Source: Calditrichaceae bacterium
Lineage (GTDB): Bacteria; Calditrichota; Calditrichia; Calditrichales; JBFXGD01
NCBI GenBank assembly: GCA_050173015.1
Contig: JBFXLE010000044.1
Coordinates: 1-15,324 of the forward strand
Length of the DNA stretch: 15,324 nucleotides
Direction of reading: 5' to 3'
Shown here: in pieces, positions 15,053 to 15,324 of the stretch
How positions within the stretch are numbered: position 1 is the stretch's first letter
Layout of the letters: every line of letters begins with the position of its first letter
Program-made: the position numbers and the translations under genes
Notes under the pieces: model-generated
The model's input: only the letters and a program-made list of their open reading frames with translations
What the model was told of the DNA's origin: nothing
Database searches by the model: none

Positions 15053-15142
15053 TTATCTTTTTTCTTTTATCTTTTATCTTAAACTTCTCACTTCTTACTT
15101 TTCTTATCTTCCCAAGCCAGCAGAAGATCCTTCCAGGATGAC
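15053..15142 (-). repeat. Dispersed repeat module B (copy 2, inverted)
   Basis: Reverse complement GTCATCCTGGAAGGATCTTCTGCTGGCTTGGGAAGA...AGAAGTTTAAGATAAAAGATAAAAGAAAAAAGATAA matches 260-354, with a 5-nt length difference in the heptamer tract. Confidence 0.9.
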
Positions 15143-15324
15143 CGATTTGTGAGTGTCATCGGACAACTCAAATATGTCCTGAATGTCACTCGGGCACTGT
15201 ACTGCCTCAGCGTGAAATGGACTTTTATGCACTCTGAGCTAAGGTGAAATTTCTCCGATTAATTCTCGCTTTATTCAGTTTATATTGTCTTGTTTGCAAT
15301 ATTGATTTTACTTTTCCTGTAAAC

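Noticed and set aside
260..15142. Autonomous transposon/IS defined by the inverted repeats
   Set aside because: No transposase, integrase or resolvase ORF, no target-site duplication, and the interior is mostly housekeeping-like genes.
15225..15324. 3' end of a minus-strand gene entering from the right edge
   Set aside because: All three minus frames give short, unrecognisable peptides, so no frame can be chosen from this window.

Overview
Bacterial chromosomal window, most consistent with a diderm FCB-group organism such as Calditrichota, Ignavibacteriota or KSB1. This is inferred from an FlgD-Ig/T9SS-type C-terminal sorting domain, an Lnb/DUF4105 gene and a bacilliredoxin. The left part (about 1-9550, sampled lines about 50% GC) carries redox genes: an exported redoxin, a long aldo/keto reductase, a BrxA/BrxB bacilliredoxin and an SGCSID-motif protein directly downstream of it. 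It also carries envelope genes: a 4-TM protein plus an Lnb-type lipoprotein N-acyltransferase, convergent with an exported alpha/beta hydrolase and a 923-aa protein with zincin, propeller and probable Omp85-like barrel regions. The right part (about 9600-14900, sampled lines about 30-33% GC) is an AT-rich block with a small lipoprotein, a 1175-aa SBBP-repeat secreted protein and a TPR-like lipoprotein. Both ends of the window hold mosaics of non-coding repeat modules, including a roughly 95-bp element present in inverted orientation at 260-354 and 15053-15142 and a second shared 24-bp module. No transposase, integrase, RT, rRNA, tRNA or CRISPR array was seen.
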